Shown in pieces: positions 32,556 through 45,649 of a stretch of DNA of 64,000 nt; within the stretch, counting starts at the first letter, position 1; each line of letters begins with the position of its first letter. Below the pieces are notes generated by a model. That model made no database searches and had not been told where the DNA came from. It saw nothing but the letters and a program-made list of their open reading frames with translations. The DNA comes from Mayamaea pseudoterrestris (lineage: Eukaryota): NCBI GenBank assembly GCA_027923505.1, contig BROI01000001.1, positions 1,550,001 through 1,614,000 on the forward strand, given 5' to 3'. The position numbers and the translations under genes were made by a program.

Positions 32556-33560
32556 ATGCCGCCCTCAAACGACGACTCGGATGATCAATGGAGAGATGCC
32601 ATCTTATCTCTGCTGACGGGAACGAAGGAGAAGCTAAAGATTAAAGAGTTGCGAAAACTCGTCTTTCTCTCCTTGCAGCTCGAGGACGGCGACAAGCAAT
32701 CCAAAAAGATCTACAAAAAGACGATGCAAGCACTTGAAAGTACTGGTCAGTTGAAACTTGACGCGGAAGGAACAATCAAACTGAGCAAGAAACGAAAGTC
32801 GGACAAGGAGCTTGGCAAGAGCCGCAAAAGCAAGACGAACAAAAACACGGATGCCAACGACGACTCCAACGACAATCTACCAACTGGCGATACGGCAAAC
32901 GGCGATAGTAACGTGGAAGTGTCGATTCAAAAAGAGAAGGGTAAACCATGTCCAGGCAATCCGCAAGGCGTGACACGCTTGTTTCTCGGCAATCTTCCAT
33001 TTACGGTTGACGAATCCTCGCTGGTTGACTTTTTGCCGGGCGTCACGCACATTAAATGGATCACGGACAAGGAGACGGGCAAGTTTTACGGGTCCGCCTT
33101 TGTGGAGTGCGACACGCCCGCTTCAGCGGCCAAGGCGGTAACAAAGTCGGAGCAGCAGCTACTGGGTCGAGCCATCAAGATTAACTACGCGCCAGCCCGC
33201 GTGGGTGACGTTTGGCCGCCGCCAAAGAAGGTGATTTCGGGCAATCAAGGGACTGGTGGACAAGCAGGCGGCAAGGGAATACGAGCCATGTCAGCCAAGC
33301 CGGACAATTGCACCAAGCTTTTTATTGGGAATCTTTCGTATGATATTGATGATGATGGAATCACCAAATTTTTCGCCGCTGTGGATGCCGAGGTGAAGGC
33401 TGTTCGATGGATACATCACAAGGAGTCGGGAGATTTTAAAGGAGTCGGCTTTGTTGAGTTTTGGAACGAAGCGGCGTGTGAGAAGGCTGCGACCCTCAAT
33501 GGGAAGGATTTACTGGGTCGGCCGATACGCATCGACTGGGATAGCAACAACAGCACATAA
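32556..33560 (+). CDS. Two-RRM nucleolin/Nsr1-like RNA-binding protein
   Basis: RNP2/RNP1 pairs RLFLGNLPF/FYGSAFVE and KLFIGNLSY/FKGVGFVEF; Lys-rich N-terminus. Confidence 0.9.
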   Translation: MPPSNDDSDDQWRDAILSLLTGTKEKLKIKELRKLVFLSLQLEDGDKQSKKIYKKTMQALESTGQLKLDAEGTIKLSKKRKSDKELGKSRKSKTNKNTDANDDSNDNLPTGDTANGDSNVEVSIQKEKGKPCPGNPQGVTRLFLGNLPFTVDESSLVDFLPGVTHIKWITDKETGKFYGSAFVECDTPASAAKAVTKSEQQLLGRAIKINYAPARVGDVWPPPKKVISGNQGTGGQAGGKGIRAMSAKPDNCTKLFIGNLSYDIDDDGITKFFAAVDAEVKAVRWIHHKESGDFKGVGFVEFWNEAACEKAATLNGKDLLGRPIRIDWDSNNST

Positions 33561-33650
33561 GCGTTTCAAATTACAAATACATGCTCAATTTGTTTTTAAA
33601 TAGCATAGGATAGGAGAGTTTACTACATGAAAGTACTGACTCGCAACAAC

Positions 33651-36600
33651 TTATTCACGAAGGATGCGCTCCAAGGCAGTCTTGGCCAAGAGTCCGTACG
33701 AGGCATTCTCCGTTTTCAAGCACAGCTTGCACGCGTTGAAACCAGCCTTGAACGTGAGCTCGGCCAAAAACTCCTGGTTGGTAACGGTTCGCATGGAAAA
33801 GTAAACAACTTCTTGGCCTTCCGCGTTTGGGACGGGGCGACGAGCAATGAAAAAGATATTGTAGTTTTTAAACTTGGCCTGGACCGCTTCAATGTCAACC
33901 GCGTCGCGTGGCAAATCGGCAATAGTTCCGTAAAGCTCATTCTTGTCGTCAATCGACTTCCAAGACTCAATGAAGGAGGATCGCTCCATTTGACCGTCCG
34001 GCGAAAAGAGACACTCAAAGTTCAAATTAGCAGCAAAGTAAAAGACGGTACCAGTAGCCATGTTTTTGACAGCAACCTGGATCTGTGGTGAAGCTGGCTG
34101 GCCGGCAGGGACTGGAGCCAGCATATTCGGCGTTGCCGTGAGCTCCACTGTAGAAAGGCCGCTGCTTCCCTGAGAAATCGGTGGGTTGCATACAACTTGC
34201 TGATTGGCCGGAGCGAGGCCAAATGAATTCTTGTTAAGCTGAATGGCAAGTGTAGTAATATCGCTCGGCGAGTTGATGTTTCGCATCTCCATATCCATGC
34301 AGATCTTCTTGCGCTTGAGTGCAAAGCCGGCAAAGATTTCGATGCCACCAGACTTCTCGGGACCACAGACGCGGACCATTGGCGTTTCCGGATCAATTTT
34401 GGTATTGCCACCGGCGGATGATTTGTCATTAACACTCATGCCACCCATGTCCAAAAGGTCGACTTCGCCCTCGCCTCCACTGCCTGCTCCATACTCATCC
34501 TCGTCATCCGACGTCTCTTCCTTGTCTTCCCGCTCAGTGCCAGCTTCACGCCGGACGACAAAGGCATCAGGAGGCTTGTGATAGACTGAAGATAAAGTGG
34601 CAATTTGCTCAATCAATACATTCAACAAAGCCGGATCCAACCGAAAAGTGTCATCCTCAATCACCGGCTTGTCGCCAAGAACAACCATTTTCGCTGCTTC
34701 AGGGTCCGTCGAAAGGAGGCGCCAGTAGATAAATCCACGATCGCGCAAGTCAGGATTGTCAGTTTCCTCCGTCGCCATGTCCAATACGCGCTGGACCATA
34801 TCCTGCATGTCGTCAGGATTCTTCAGAAAACACTTGACAGTCGCAGTCAAAAGTTGCAGCTGAACAGCCGGATCTTCCTCCTCAAACGTTTCCAAAAACG
34901 TATCAAGCAGTTCGTCGGCATTGTCAATGCGCTCGGCGTACTCTCCAATGATCCAAATCATGCTCGCCTTTGCCGAAGGCTCATCAAGCGTATCGAGACA
35001 GTCGCAAAGCGTACCAATGATCGACTCGTAGCTGTACAGTGGATAAAGTGTAAAATATAATTGAGGGAGACAGTATGACACAACACACAATCAATTGCCT
35101 CAACCATGCACTCACCGTCCAGGGTATCGTCTAAAAATATTCTTGATAATAATGACAGATTCCTGTACGACGTAATTGACCTTGGTCTGTATAAGCTCAA
35201 GCAAGACACCAATGCATCGTTCCGCCGCACGTTCGAGCTTGACGGCGCAACGTCCAATGGCCGACACAGCCTTGCGGACAAAATCAACATCCACCTCCGT
35301 CGAATACTCCTTAAGCTCAAGCAACACTTGATCAATGTTGCGCTCCGTTACCAACTTAATGACAATCTCAAGTTTCTCCAGCTTGACGTAAATGGGATCG
35401 TTATACTTGCAAAAGAATACCTTTATCTCATTCTCAAGGATCTGAGGACGTTTCTGAACAATCAAGTTAATGTTACGCAAAGCAACATACTGAATCTCCG
35501 GCTCGCTGTTCAGCAGAGTCACCAAGGGCGGGGCCAGCTTGCGCGTCAGTGCACGAATGGCATCGGCATTCTGAGACCCCATCAACTCCATGTAACTCAA
35601 AATAACCTTGACGGCGCTCATGACCACGGCCGAGTTGGCATGCTGCAACCGAGGAGTGACGCGCTCGATAATGCCTTCCGCCTCGCGACCATCCGCTGGC
35701 GTGTACTTGGCGAGCGAGTCCAAAATAAAGACTTTCAAAATCGGAAGAATGAATAAGGTAAGATCGTTGTCATAAGCATATTTCGTTCAGAACAAACATC
35801 TAATGCGGACCGACGTACCTTGGCCCCATTCCGTGCACTCGTTGAGCGCGGCGAGCAGTTTCTGAAGCACCGATGCCGTAATCTACAAAAGACGGAAGAA
35901 AATACAAGTTAACAAACAGCAATTCGATTCCTTCCAAGGCGCGCATTCACGCCCTCCATTCATTTACCTTCATAACATCCTTCCCCGTCGTTTCCGCAAT
36001 CTCACTCAGTGCGGCAACTCCATTTGCCACAACGCTAGGATTCGAATCCGAAATCAAGTCATGCAAAATTTCCAAAAAACCCCGCTCCTCCACTAGTTCC
36101 GGCGCAATGTCGTGCAGCTTGGCGACGCACACGGCCGCCGTCTTGCGCACGTAGGGGTCATCGTCGCGCAGGGCGCGCGACAGCGGCTCGCACAAGTACT
36201 CCGTGATGCGGTCGACGCGAATGCAGCCCATGGTGCGCACGGCCAGGGCGCGAATCAACGGGTTCGGGTCGCTCGCGTCCTTGACAAAGGTATTGACGGC
36301 TAGTAACGTTAGTTCCGGTTGCGTCTTGGCGTAGTTGATCAAGTAGAGGTAGACGAGCTTCTTCAACTCAATGTTTCCGGTTTGGACGCAGTTGAGAACG
36401 TCGGTGAAGAGCATGCTGACATCCTTGCCAACGGTCTGTTGATAAGAGTGGTGAAGTAGGATCAAGATTTGAGAAATGATGTATTAGAAAGAGAGTCTGC
36501 ACGAAACGACGTAAAGCGATCATGTATTATCCATGTCTCTCCTTCCATCATCAAAGCCCATCCTTCCCTTAATCTCTCTCCATCAACTAAATTCTTTATT

Positions 36601-36758
36601 AGTATTATTTTACGTACCATGGACGCAATCACCTTTTTCACCGCGTCCACCTTGACCATGCGGTCCGTCGAGTGCAGCTCCATGCGCAGCTCGTGCATTT
36701 CTCCCTTCTTTTGCGTCGTAAAGAAGCGAGAGTCGCCATCCTTGCCGCCGAGACCCAT
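33651..36758 (-). CDS. AP-1/AP-2 complex beta subunit (beta-adaptin), 5 exons
   Basis: [70 protein letters not shown], appendage domain. Introns ~36436-36617, ~35884-35967, 35732-35818, ~35033-35115. Confidence 0.96.
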
Positions 36759-37270
36759 TGTTAATAAATAATAAACGCTAAGGTAAGTTGCTGTACAAGA
36801 AGCCAAAAAAGAAGAATTGAATGAGCCAAAAAGTTTGGTGGCCGCTGAAACCGATAGCAATGAATCGATTCGGTAGGCAGCACGAGCAACCTCGTCTCCA
36901 ATTAGGGAGCAAATCCAGGGGCTTGAAATCATTCAAATTTCCTCTCCTAGTCTCTCGGCGTCCAACTCTTACCTACTAATAGTCTGTCTGTTCGTGCAGG
37001 AGCAAAGTTAGAGTGGATCCTTGTTGGTGTGGCTGCTCGCTAGCGGAGCGAGCGTGAGGCTGGGTATGACCGGTCCAATGCGGCAATGAAAAGATGTCTG
37101 GTGATGCTGCGACATGGCAAGTTGGCTGACGTTTCACAAACCGCGCCACCATGAGCTTTCGATCAATCCGCTGCGGCACCACTTCACTTCTCTTCTTTTT
37201 CCTCCAAAAAAGCGTTCAGCTTCGCAGTTTATCAACCAGAATTCCATCAATCCACTAAATAAATTTGAAA

Positions 37271-38667
37271 ATGTCAATCTCACTTCCCAAGAATGCTGCT
37301 TTCGTGGCGGCGCTCCTCTTAACAGCCTCCAGTACTTCCTCCGCCTTTTGTCCTTCGACTTCAATAAAGAGCAGCACCAGCAGCAGCAGTCAGTCGCCGA
37401 CTGTTCTCTTTCAAAAGTCGAGTCGGCCTCCGCCAAGCAAGGGATTTGGAAGCGGAGGTGGAGGATCCAGCCAGTCTACCACTAGAAGCAGCAGCAGCAG
37501 CAACAGCAAACGTCGCAGTACAGCATCTTCATCATCTTCATCAACTACCTCAATTAAAACTGACAAGTTTCCCTACGCTGGCAAGATTCGTCCATTTCCG
37601 CAAACGCCGCAGCGTCGCGTCACGGACGAAACCATCATCAAACCCGACTACGCCATTAGCGGCGTTCCCCGCCACGCCACGTCCAATCTACTGCCGTGGA
37701 TCATTCCAATCAAGAGTGCTCTGGAAATCAGCAAGATGCGGACTTCGGGGCGGTTGGCGCGGGAAATTTTGGATCTGGCGGGTCGGGCCGTGGCGCCGGG
37801 AGTCACGACGGATGAGATTGACGCACTGGTGCATGAGGAAATTATCAAGGTATGTAGTAGTCGAGCGAATCAGAGACGGCGCTTCCGTTGGCGCGCGCTT
37901 GCTCACTGCTGACATTTTTTGTCTTTCATAAACAGCGCCGCGCATATCCCAGTCCACTCAACTACCACAGTTTTCCGAAATCATGCTGCACGTCCGTCAA
38001 CGAAGTCATTTGCCACGGCATTCCCGACAAGCGTCCCCTCCAAGACGGCGACATTATCAACCTTGACATTACCGTCTACTTTGAAGGCTACCACGGCGAT
38101 TGCTCGGAAATGTTTGTCGTTGGCGACAGCAATGCACTCGACGAACCTGGCCGCCAGCTACTGCAAGCCACCTACGACTGCTGGATATCGGCCTGTCGAA
38201 TGGTGCAACCGGGTCGCCACTACAAGGAGATTGGCGGCGTGATTGAGGATTACGTGACGCCGCGGGGTTTCTCGTCGGTCAAACAGTTTTGCGGCCACGG
38301 CATTGGAAGCATCTTTCACACCAATCCAAACATTTTGCACTACCGCAACAATGAACCAAACGGACAAATGGCGGCGGGTCATACCTTTACCATTGAACCA
38401 ATGATTTGCGAAGGATCGTCAAAGGCACTCACGTGGCCCGATGACTGGACGGCGACTACAACGGATGGCAAGCGGTCGGCGCAGTTTGAACATACGCTAC
38501 TGATTACGGAGGATGGTGTGGAAGCATTGACGGGCAAACTGGAAACGTCGCCGCTGCAGTTTTGGGAGCGTGATAGTCAAGTCCATCAAGGCATTTGGCT
38601 TGGCACGTCGGCGAGTGCGAAGCAAAAACAAAATGAGATCAATCGAGTGCAGCATGGCTTGATATAG
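37271..38667 (+). CDS. Methionine aminopeptidase type I, organelle (plastid)-targeted; intron 37850-37935
   Basis: Signal peptide [58 protein letters not shown]. Confidence 0.95.
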
Positions 38668-38953
38668 ACAGCATGAAGCATGGGTAGTTTTGATGTTCAT
38701 TGATATTGATAAAGGTTCGTCAAGGGTTGAATGTTGAACTACAACTGCAAGTGCTTTATTCGCGGCCAAGGCGCCTTTACAGCGACTTGGTAATCGCGTT
38801 TCAGCTCGTCCTTACAATGATGTAGCTACAGCAAGACTAGAACAACACGGTATAACTGAACCATTAGATATATAAAACATTCTAGTATCGTCAATGCGCT
38901 CTTTGTACAAGGTGGACATGATGTGCGACATGACTTTTTCACATGTATGTTCG

Positions 38954-39607
38954 TCATGCCGCCGCCGCGTGCGAGTGCTTGCCAAACAGTAACGCAACGT
39001 TCATGCGAATCTCGAGAATATCTTCGCGCTGCGCTTCCTCTGGAGCGTAAATGGTTGCCAACAGGAACTTAATGTGCGCCAAACAGGCTTGCGCCTCGTC
39101 GAATTCGCAAAAGTATGACATGATGAATCCCTTATTGTTCAGCAACGCGAGACGGAGCAATCGATCGGAACTGTCGCAGGTACATAGCAGCGACAAGGCA
39201 ATGTTGTACATTTTGAGTGCCATTTGAAAGGAGACTTGTTCGCTTCCTTCCTCCATGCCCATGGCTTGGTAGGCGAGACCAGTGTTGTAAAGCAGCAACG
39301 CCGAAAGCTTGATTTCGTTCTTCAACGTCTTGGTTGCTTGCACGTCATGATCCATGACCAGAATGGCCCAATTGTAAAGTGAAAATGAGGAGCAGTCATG
39401 GTCGTCCTTGCCAATGCGCATTGGTTGTAGTACAAGGTCCTTGTCATGTTCCGTCATGACGGTGGAAACTGATCGACAAGAAACACTTTGACCTTGCTGA
39501 ATTTGTCGCAGCGCTGAAACGAGGAGAATACCAGCATCTCTATACTTGTTGGCGCTCATGAGACAGCAGGCTCTGGTATTGAGTGAAAGGATGGAGACAG
39601 TGTCCAT
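38954..39607 (-). CDS. TPR-like helical protein of a diatom-expanded family
   Basis: SLNTRACCLM..., ALLLYNTGLAYQ, ALKMYNIA, LALLNNKG, C-terminal HAAAA. Confidence 0.65.
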   Translation of the reverse strand: MDTVSILSLNTRACCLMSANKYRDAGILLVSALRQIQQGQSVSCRSVSTVMTEHDKDLVLQPMRIGKDDHDCSSFSLYNWAILVMDHDVQATKTLKNEIKLSALLLYNTGLAYQAMGMEEGSEQVSFQMALKMYNIALSLLCTCDSSDRLLRLALLNNKGFIMSYFCEFDEAQACLAHIKFLLATIYAPEEAQREDILEIRMNVALLFGKHSHAAAA

Positions 39608-40561
39608 GGTTGTACGCTTGGAAGATTGGAGAAGGTAGGAGAAGGTATTTGAGTGAATGGAAACTGAATTTGTGAGACCCGCCGTTTTGTGGACTCGCCA
39701 GTAATCCCGATGCGTGGGATCAAAACCGCGAACATCGGAGGAATAGTGTGGAACATGCATTGACATGGCACTTCAAGGAAGAATATACAAGCGTCACAAG
39801 TGCTTCCGGGATTGGGAAGTCAGCTTCTTTATTAAGCCCTCGGTGTGTGGAAAGATCAGTGCCGTTCTGTTCTCGGTTGAAGCTGGAATTTCTCCGGAGG
39901 AAATGACCACTGTCGACTCCCGGCATTGGTGTCGATATTGATAATCCCACGGCCTTGTGGACATATGCACATTGGTAGCCAACGTCAGAAGGAAGCCAAA
40001 AAATAATGTTGATGTTGTGGTCTATATGTAAAGCAACCTCAAGATGTGACATATGAGAGTATGCGTAATGGCGCAGGAACAGATTCTTGAAGTGGATGAG
40101 CTTGCGTTGGATGACTTCCATGGAGCCACACGTTTTAATGTGAGCTGCATTTACGTACTGGTAGCAATTGTCAGAAGATTGCTGAGAGTGTCGCTTTTGT
40201 ACAAGCAGCTATCATTAGACGCACCTGCATACACACATCACAGCGAGCCTCCGCAGCTACCACATTGTAATTGTCGTCATCATTCCTTCAGGTAGCAGCA
40301 GCTCAGACTCGTAGGCCTTGACTACACGCATTTAGCAAGCCGGACAGATATAACTTGAACTTTAGTAGGATCATCTCGCATCTGCAGTTGACTGCCGTTA
40401 TCGTCAAAGACTACATCATCGTTTTGTGAGTCTTTTTCGGTCGATATCCTTATCGGTATCGGTAGATAGTCTCAGTCGTAGCGGCACTCATTCATCGCTC
40501 ATTGCCACCATGGCGCATTTGCCATTCGTTGCTTCGTCGACAACAGCACAAGAGCTACACC

Positions 40562-40951
40562 ATGCCATCCATTACTCGATCATCTGCAAGGAAACAGAGT
40601 GCGTCGCTTCACAAGACGAATCAGCCGCATGCAGTCAATATTAGTACTGATAAAGTTCCAAATACGAGCAAAACAGCAATCACATCATCAACAAAATCGT
40701 TTAACGCAAACAAGCATTACACTCACTTGAATTCTGACAAGGATTGTCTGCAGAATCCCCAATCATTTTGGCAGACTGCATTTTATCGCTTGCAGCTCTA
40801 CAATGGACTCTACATGCTGGATCGCTCCGAGCAAGTCTTTCTGTATAGTTTGGCCTTGGTAGTGCTGCTACTAGTGGCTTGGTATGGCTACGCCTTTTTG
40901 CATGGACTAGTGGATGGGTGGAGCAATGCTGCGACTGTGATTGTAGAATGA
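40562..40951 (+). CDS. Serine palmitoyltransferase small subunit-like protein
   Basis: FYRLQLYNGLYMLDRSEQ followed by a TM helix, resembling the SPTss Y...LYMLEPWE motif. Confidence 0.7.
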   Translation: MPSITRSSARKQSASLHKTNQPHAVNISTDKVPNTSKTAITSSTKSFNANKHYTHLNSDKDCLQNPQSFWQTAFYRLQLYNGLYMLDRSEQVFLYSLALVVLLLVAWYGYAFLHGLVDGWSNAATVIVE

Positions 40952-41074
40952 ATGAGGAACTATTCTGCAACAAGACTGTTCACAAGTTATTGTCTCTTTA
41001 TCCCCTTGCAACGATGCAACTTCGAGCTTTAAAAAAATGATAGTAAAGAATCTCAGGTGTTATTCGAGTCCTTT

Positions 41075-43123
41075 TTATGATTTATCTATAAGTACTTTGG
41101 ATTCATCTTCTTCTTCTTCATCCTCCTCTTCACGACCATGCTCGTCCTCATCTTCTTCCTCTTCATCATCGTCGTCCACATCTACAACAACTTTTTCTCC
41201 AATTGGAATGGTCTTGAAGTCAGCATGCGCCTCGTGCGCCGCACGCTCCAACCATTGCGGCGGCTCACTCATATCTTCCTCCGACAATGGAAAGCTGCCC
41301 CAATGAATGCCGACACTTTGCATGCAGTGGAGTCGTTCATGTATCTTGACAGCTTCCGTTGGATCCGCGTGGGCATCTCGCATGAAAAAGGATGGTTCGT
41401 AGGCGCCAATCGGAATGGCGGCCAGGTGAATGGGCTTGTTGATATAATCCGACAATTGCTCAAACAACGGAAAGTCTTGGGGCAGTGCCGTGTCTCCGGC
41501 AAAGTAAAAGGTTAGATTGTTGGGAAAGACCAAGTAGAAGCCGCACCATAGGCGAAGGTTGCGATCAAAGAGTGTGCGACTGCTCCAGTGCTGCGCGGGG
41601 CAGCAAGTGATCCAGAGTGACGAGTCGGACGGAGATACAGGCGGCGTTGGCGCATCCGACAAAGCAGGTGACGGATCCGCAAGCTGTTGCTCACGAGTCT
41701 TTTGTTGCTGACTGTCTTGCGGTTGAGATTGGTCGCGTTCCCTCTTCTCGGCCTCTTCCTCTCGCAATCGAGCAGGGTGTGTTACTGGTGAATCCTGAAT
41801 CGACACAAACTCGACGGGTCTGTATTCCATTGGAGCAGATGCAGCAGCCGCATCAGTTGCACCATACCCAGCTATTCCTCCTCCAGCCTTTCGCTGCGGC
41901 TTCCACCGAATCGATTCCCACCACTCCATTTCGACAATGCGATGAGCCGGAATATCGCACTTGTCCTGCAGCCACTGGCCAATCCCCAACGGAACAACCC
42001 ATTTATTCACACGATCACTCAGCTCCAGGACGGAGTGACGATCCAAGTGGTCGTAGTGATCATGACTAATCAAGCAAACGTCAATGCGAGGCGGCAAGTC
42101 GGATATGCGGCAGGCTGGTTCCTGAATGCGTCCAACGCCCAAGCCGGGGACCCACTGGAATGGACTAGCCTTGTAGGAAAACATGGGATCGGTTAAAACG
42201 GTCAAGTCACCCTGCTGAATGAGACAAGTGGCGTGGCCAATCCATGTGAAGACAAGTGACTCCTTGTCTGCAGCAGCGTTGTTGCTCGTCAAGTCGAGAC
42301 GAGACTCGCTTGCAATACCAGCATCTTGCTGCGCCTCATGAGCTGCTGCCGCAGCCATTACCACTTGACTCGTCTTCCTCGTCCTCAGACTCGCCGGCAG
42401 CAAACACTGCCACCCCACTTGATTATATTCTCGTTCCAGTCGCTTGTACCGCCAGTGCAGTATGCTGTAGAGTGAATGCACGCCCGCCGTTGACTGCGAT
42501 TTCCACGGATTCACGTAGCGACCCGTGCCTAACTCGCGCGACGTGAGCGGACGCCCGTAGGCGTCGAACCAGTCGAGCTGGTTGTATTCCGTGAGTGTGA
42601 CTTGGCGCAACGTGTTCCAGTCGTGGTCGCGCGTCGTGAGTTGCTGTGGCTGTTGTGATGGCGGATGCTGCAGTGACTGCAACTGCTGCGGTCGCCGCGC
42701 TCGTCGCTTCGTCTGCCGCCACAGACTGGTGACACTCTTGGACAAGGCTTGCGACTGCTCCTGGATGGACGTTTGCAGTTTTCGCACCATGCGCTCGTTT
42801 CGTTCCTGGCGGCGGAGCTTGCGCTGCATGCGCCGGGCGTTGCGCTGGTGTCTCCACGTGCTTTGCAGCAGCTTGACTTGAATGACGCGCTTTTCGCGTT
42901 CGACGCGGAGTCTCATTTTGAGCTCCTCCCATGATAGAGGAATGTACCAGTAGTTGCGGCGAAATATTATGGAGTGATGGATATATGTAGAGTTTGGTGA
43001 TAGTTGACTGCTTGGAATGTGGAGCATGCGAGGAAACGGATCGAGCGGAGATAAGTTTCGGGCAAGGCGTAATTGTCTCTGCATCGCCATGCTCCTTATG
43101 GATGCGGCGATACAGACAGACAT
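41075..43123 (-). CDS. NAPE-hydrolysing phospholipase D-like metallo-beta-lactamase
   Basis: TWIGHAT, LTDPMFS, ISHDHYDHLD, PAQHWSSR, FAGDT, IPIGAYEP, HADPTEAV, GIHWGSF. Confidence 0.92.
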   Translation of the reverse strand: MSVCIAASIRSMAMQRQLRLARNLSPLDPFPRMLHIPSSQLSPNSTYIHHSIIFRRNYWYIPLSWEELKMRLRVEREKRVIQVKLLQSTWRHQRNARRMQRKLRRQERNERMVRKLQTSIQEQSQALSKSVTSLWRQTKRRARRPQQLQSLQHPPSQQPQQLTTRDHDWNTLRQVTLTEYNQLDWFDAYGRPLTSRELGTGRYVNPWKSQSTAGVHSLYSILHWRYKRLEREYNQVGWQCLLPASLRTRKTSQVVMAAAAAHEAQQDAGIASESRLDLTSNNAAADKESLVFTWIGHATCLIQQGDLTVLTDPMFSYKASPFQWVPGLGVGRIQEPACRISDLPPRIDVCLISHDHYDHLDRHSVLELSDRVNKWVVPLGIGQWLQDKCDIPAHRIVEMEWWESIRWKPQRKAGGGIAGYGATDAAAASAPMEYRPVEFVSIQDSPVTHPARLREEEAEKRERDQSQPQDSQQQKTREQQLADPSPALSDAPTPPVSPSDSSLWITCCPAQHWSSRTLFDRNLRLWCGFYLVFPNNLTFYFAGDTALPQDFPLFEQLSDYINKPIHLAAIPIGAYEPSFFMRDAHADPTEAVKIHERLHCMQSVGIHWGSFPLSEEDMSEPPQWLERAAHEAHADFKTIPIGEKVVVDVDDDDEEEEDEDEHGREEEDEEEEDESKVLIDKS

Positions 43124-43428
43124 ATTTTAACTAGAACTCAGACATTTGACATGGAGTAAGATGCATTTGTAAACTAGGTGCCGTCGAAAGATGGACGATA
43201 CCCAAACGCAAGGATCGTCATGGTCGCAAGTCGAAAGGTGCGGAACGAAGAATTTTGCAGTACCGGTACGATCTTACTTAAAAAAAAATTGGCGCGAACG
43301 TTGTTGGCGAGGCACGTGACGAAAAGCACAGCCGCCCAATTTACGGAACGTGTGTCGCACGCAACGTGACGAACCCGCGTTTGCCTCCGAGCCGATCATT
43401 TTCCAAATCGCATTGCCTCCAAGCCACC

Positions 43429-44786
43429 ATGAGTACCTTTCTCTTCACCTCCGAGTCTGTCAATGAAGGACATCCTGGTAAGAATAGACTGGAGAATGTA
43501 GCATTTAATGTTTTCATAGAGAGAGAAACTGGGAATGGAGATTGAGACGCGAAGATTCGTTTCTTGGGGGGAAAAGGCCTTCGCACGCACTTACTGGCTG
43601 AAAAGTAACTCGTGGTTCAACTTGCTCGCGTCATATTCACTGCTCAACTCTATACTCACTCATCTCTCTATATTATTCAGACAAGTTTTGCGATCAGGTG
43701 TCCGATGCCGTCTTGGACGCTTGCGTCGGCGGCGATGAAATGTCTCGCGTCGCCTGCGAAACCTGCTGCAAGACTGGCATGGTGATGATTTTTGGTGAAA
43801 TCACCACGGCGGCCACGGTCAACTACGAGCAAGTCATTCGCGACGCCATCAAGGACATTGGCTACGATGATCCGGCCAAGGGATTCGACTACAAGACGTG
43901 CAATGTCATTGTGGCGATTGAGGAGCAGTCGCCGGATATTGCTCAGTCTGTGGATGCCGTCAAGCCGGAGGACATTGGCGCGGGAGACCAGGGTATCATG
44001 TTTGGATACGCCACCGACGAGACGCCCGAGCTCATGCCGCTGACGCATGTGTTGGCGACGCAGATTGGCGCCAAGCTCACCGAGGTTCGCAAGAATGGCA
44101 CCTGCGACTGGGTCCGCCCGGACGGCAAGACGCAGGTTACCTGCGAGTACAAGTTGGAGAATGGCGTTCCAGTGCCCCAGCGTGTGCACACGATTGTGAT
44201 TTCGACGCAGCACTCGGAGGATGTCACGCAGGAGCAGATCCAGGCGGATTTGATGGAGCATGTCATCAAGCCGGTCGTTCCGGAAAAGTACCTTGATGAC
44301 AAGACCATTTACCACTTGAACCCAAGTGGTCGCTTTGTCATTGGGGGACCGCACGGAGATGCTGGTTTGACGGGACGCAAGATTATCATTGATACCTACG
44401 GTGGATGGGGCGCCCATGGAGGAGGTGCCTTTTCGGGCAAGGACACGACCAAGGTTGACCGATCGGCTGCCTACGCCGCTCGATGGGTTGCCAAGAGTTT
44501 GGTCCATGCCAAGCTCTGCAAGCGCGCCTTGGTCCAGCTTTCGTACGCCATTGGTGTTCCATACCCATTGTCAGTCTTTGTTGACTCGTACGGAACTGTC
44601 AAGGAGGGCATGACGGATGCCGACTTGACGGAGGTTATCAATAAGAACTTTGACTTGCGCCCGGGTTGCATCATTCGCGACTTGAACTTGCGTCGCCCCA
44701 TTATGCGCAAGACGGCGGCCTATGGACATTTCGGACGTGACGATGCCGACTTTACCTGGGAGCAGGTCAAGGACTTGAAGCTTTAA
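43429..44786 (+). CDS. MAT: S-adenosylmethionine synthetase; intron 43478-43680
   Basis: GCCACCATG start; [19 protein letters not shown] across the intron; [24 protein letters not shown]. Confidence 0.98.
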
Positions 44787-45313
44787 GTACTGTAGAAGTA
44801 TTTTGGTATAGCATTGGGTATTGGAAAGGATTAACGTTTAATGTAAGCAACACTGCCAGCATTTATACTACGTTTATCAATATGTATTGGTGCCAGTTCT
44901 CTGCTGTCGTCGTTTATTTGGAGTCCGGAGCTATTCATCTTGGCCTGTTTCCGGCGACTCTTTGGCCCATCCTCATGAACGAAATTTGTATCATCATAGT
45001 ACACCAACTCGCGACATGTTCTTGCTTCTTTAACGCTCCCTACCAGCATCTGTTTTGCGCCATAGTCCTCCTTGTCTGAATATTGGACAGACATAAGAAC
45101 GTGAGCTAAGGAGTTGCTTTGAGCGCAGCTTGGAAAGGTTTCTATGCTATGGGCGGTGACATGCAAAATGAGGCCTCTATTAACGTTTTAGATGTTTACA
45201 GTGTAATCAAAAGGGCTCTGGATATGTAAATATATATCGTAGTTCCTGCAAAAACTGATGAGGAACAAACAGACTGCTGCAGCCTCGCTGCTTGTCCAAA
45301 ACGCACTCAACAC

Positions 45314-45649
45314 TCAGTGCAACTCCATGGCTCCCTCATTCTTGCGAGTCTTTTCCGCCTTGTTGTTATTGACGTGCAGAAGCATGCGACACCACGCCAT
45401 GGGACCCTTGCCCTTGCTCGTCTTGTGTTCGACCGAATGTGCCGTCTCGTCGTGATGTTTAGCGTCGGCAGCCGCCGCCGCCTGTCTCATCAAGTCGTAG
45501 GCGCAAGCTTCCAAATCCGAGGCTTGCGTGGGGTGCAAGTCGAGGCGCGTTTTCAAAGATGGTGTTGGAGGAGGAACGACGAGAAAGGCTTGGCAGGTAA
45601 AAGCAAGCATGAGAGCGAACAAAAGTGTCAACGAAACAGACGAATGCAT
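45314..45649 (-). CDS. Small predicted plastid/secreted protein
   Basis: Signal peptide ending CQA|FLV; core LDLHPTQASDLEACA. Confidence 0.6.
   Translation of the reverse strand: MHSSVSLTLLFALMLAFTCQAFLVVPPPTPSLKTRLDLHPTQASDLEACAYDLMRQAAAAADAKHHDETAHSVEHKTSKGKGPMAWCRMLLHVNNNKAEKTRKNEGAMELH

Noticed and set aside
43677..44507. 276-aa antisense ORF over SAM synthetase (similar ones at 16738-17613 and 27756-28850)
   Set aside because: Antisense shadows expected from codon bias in well-expressed GC3-rich genes.
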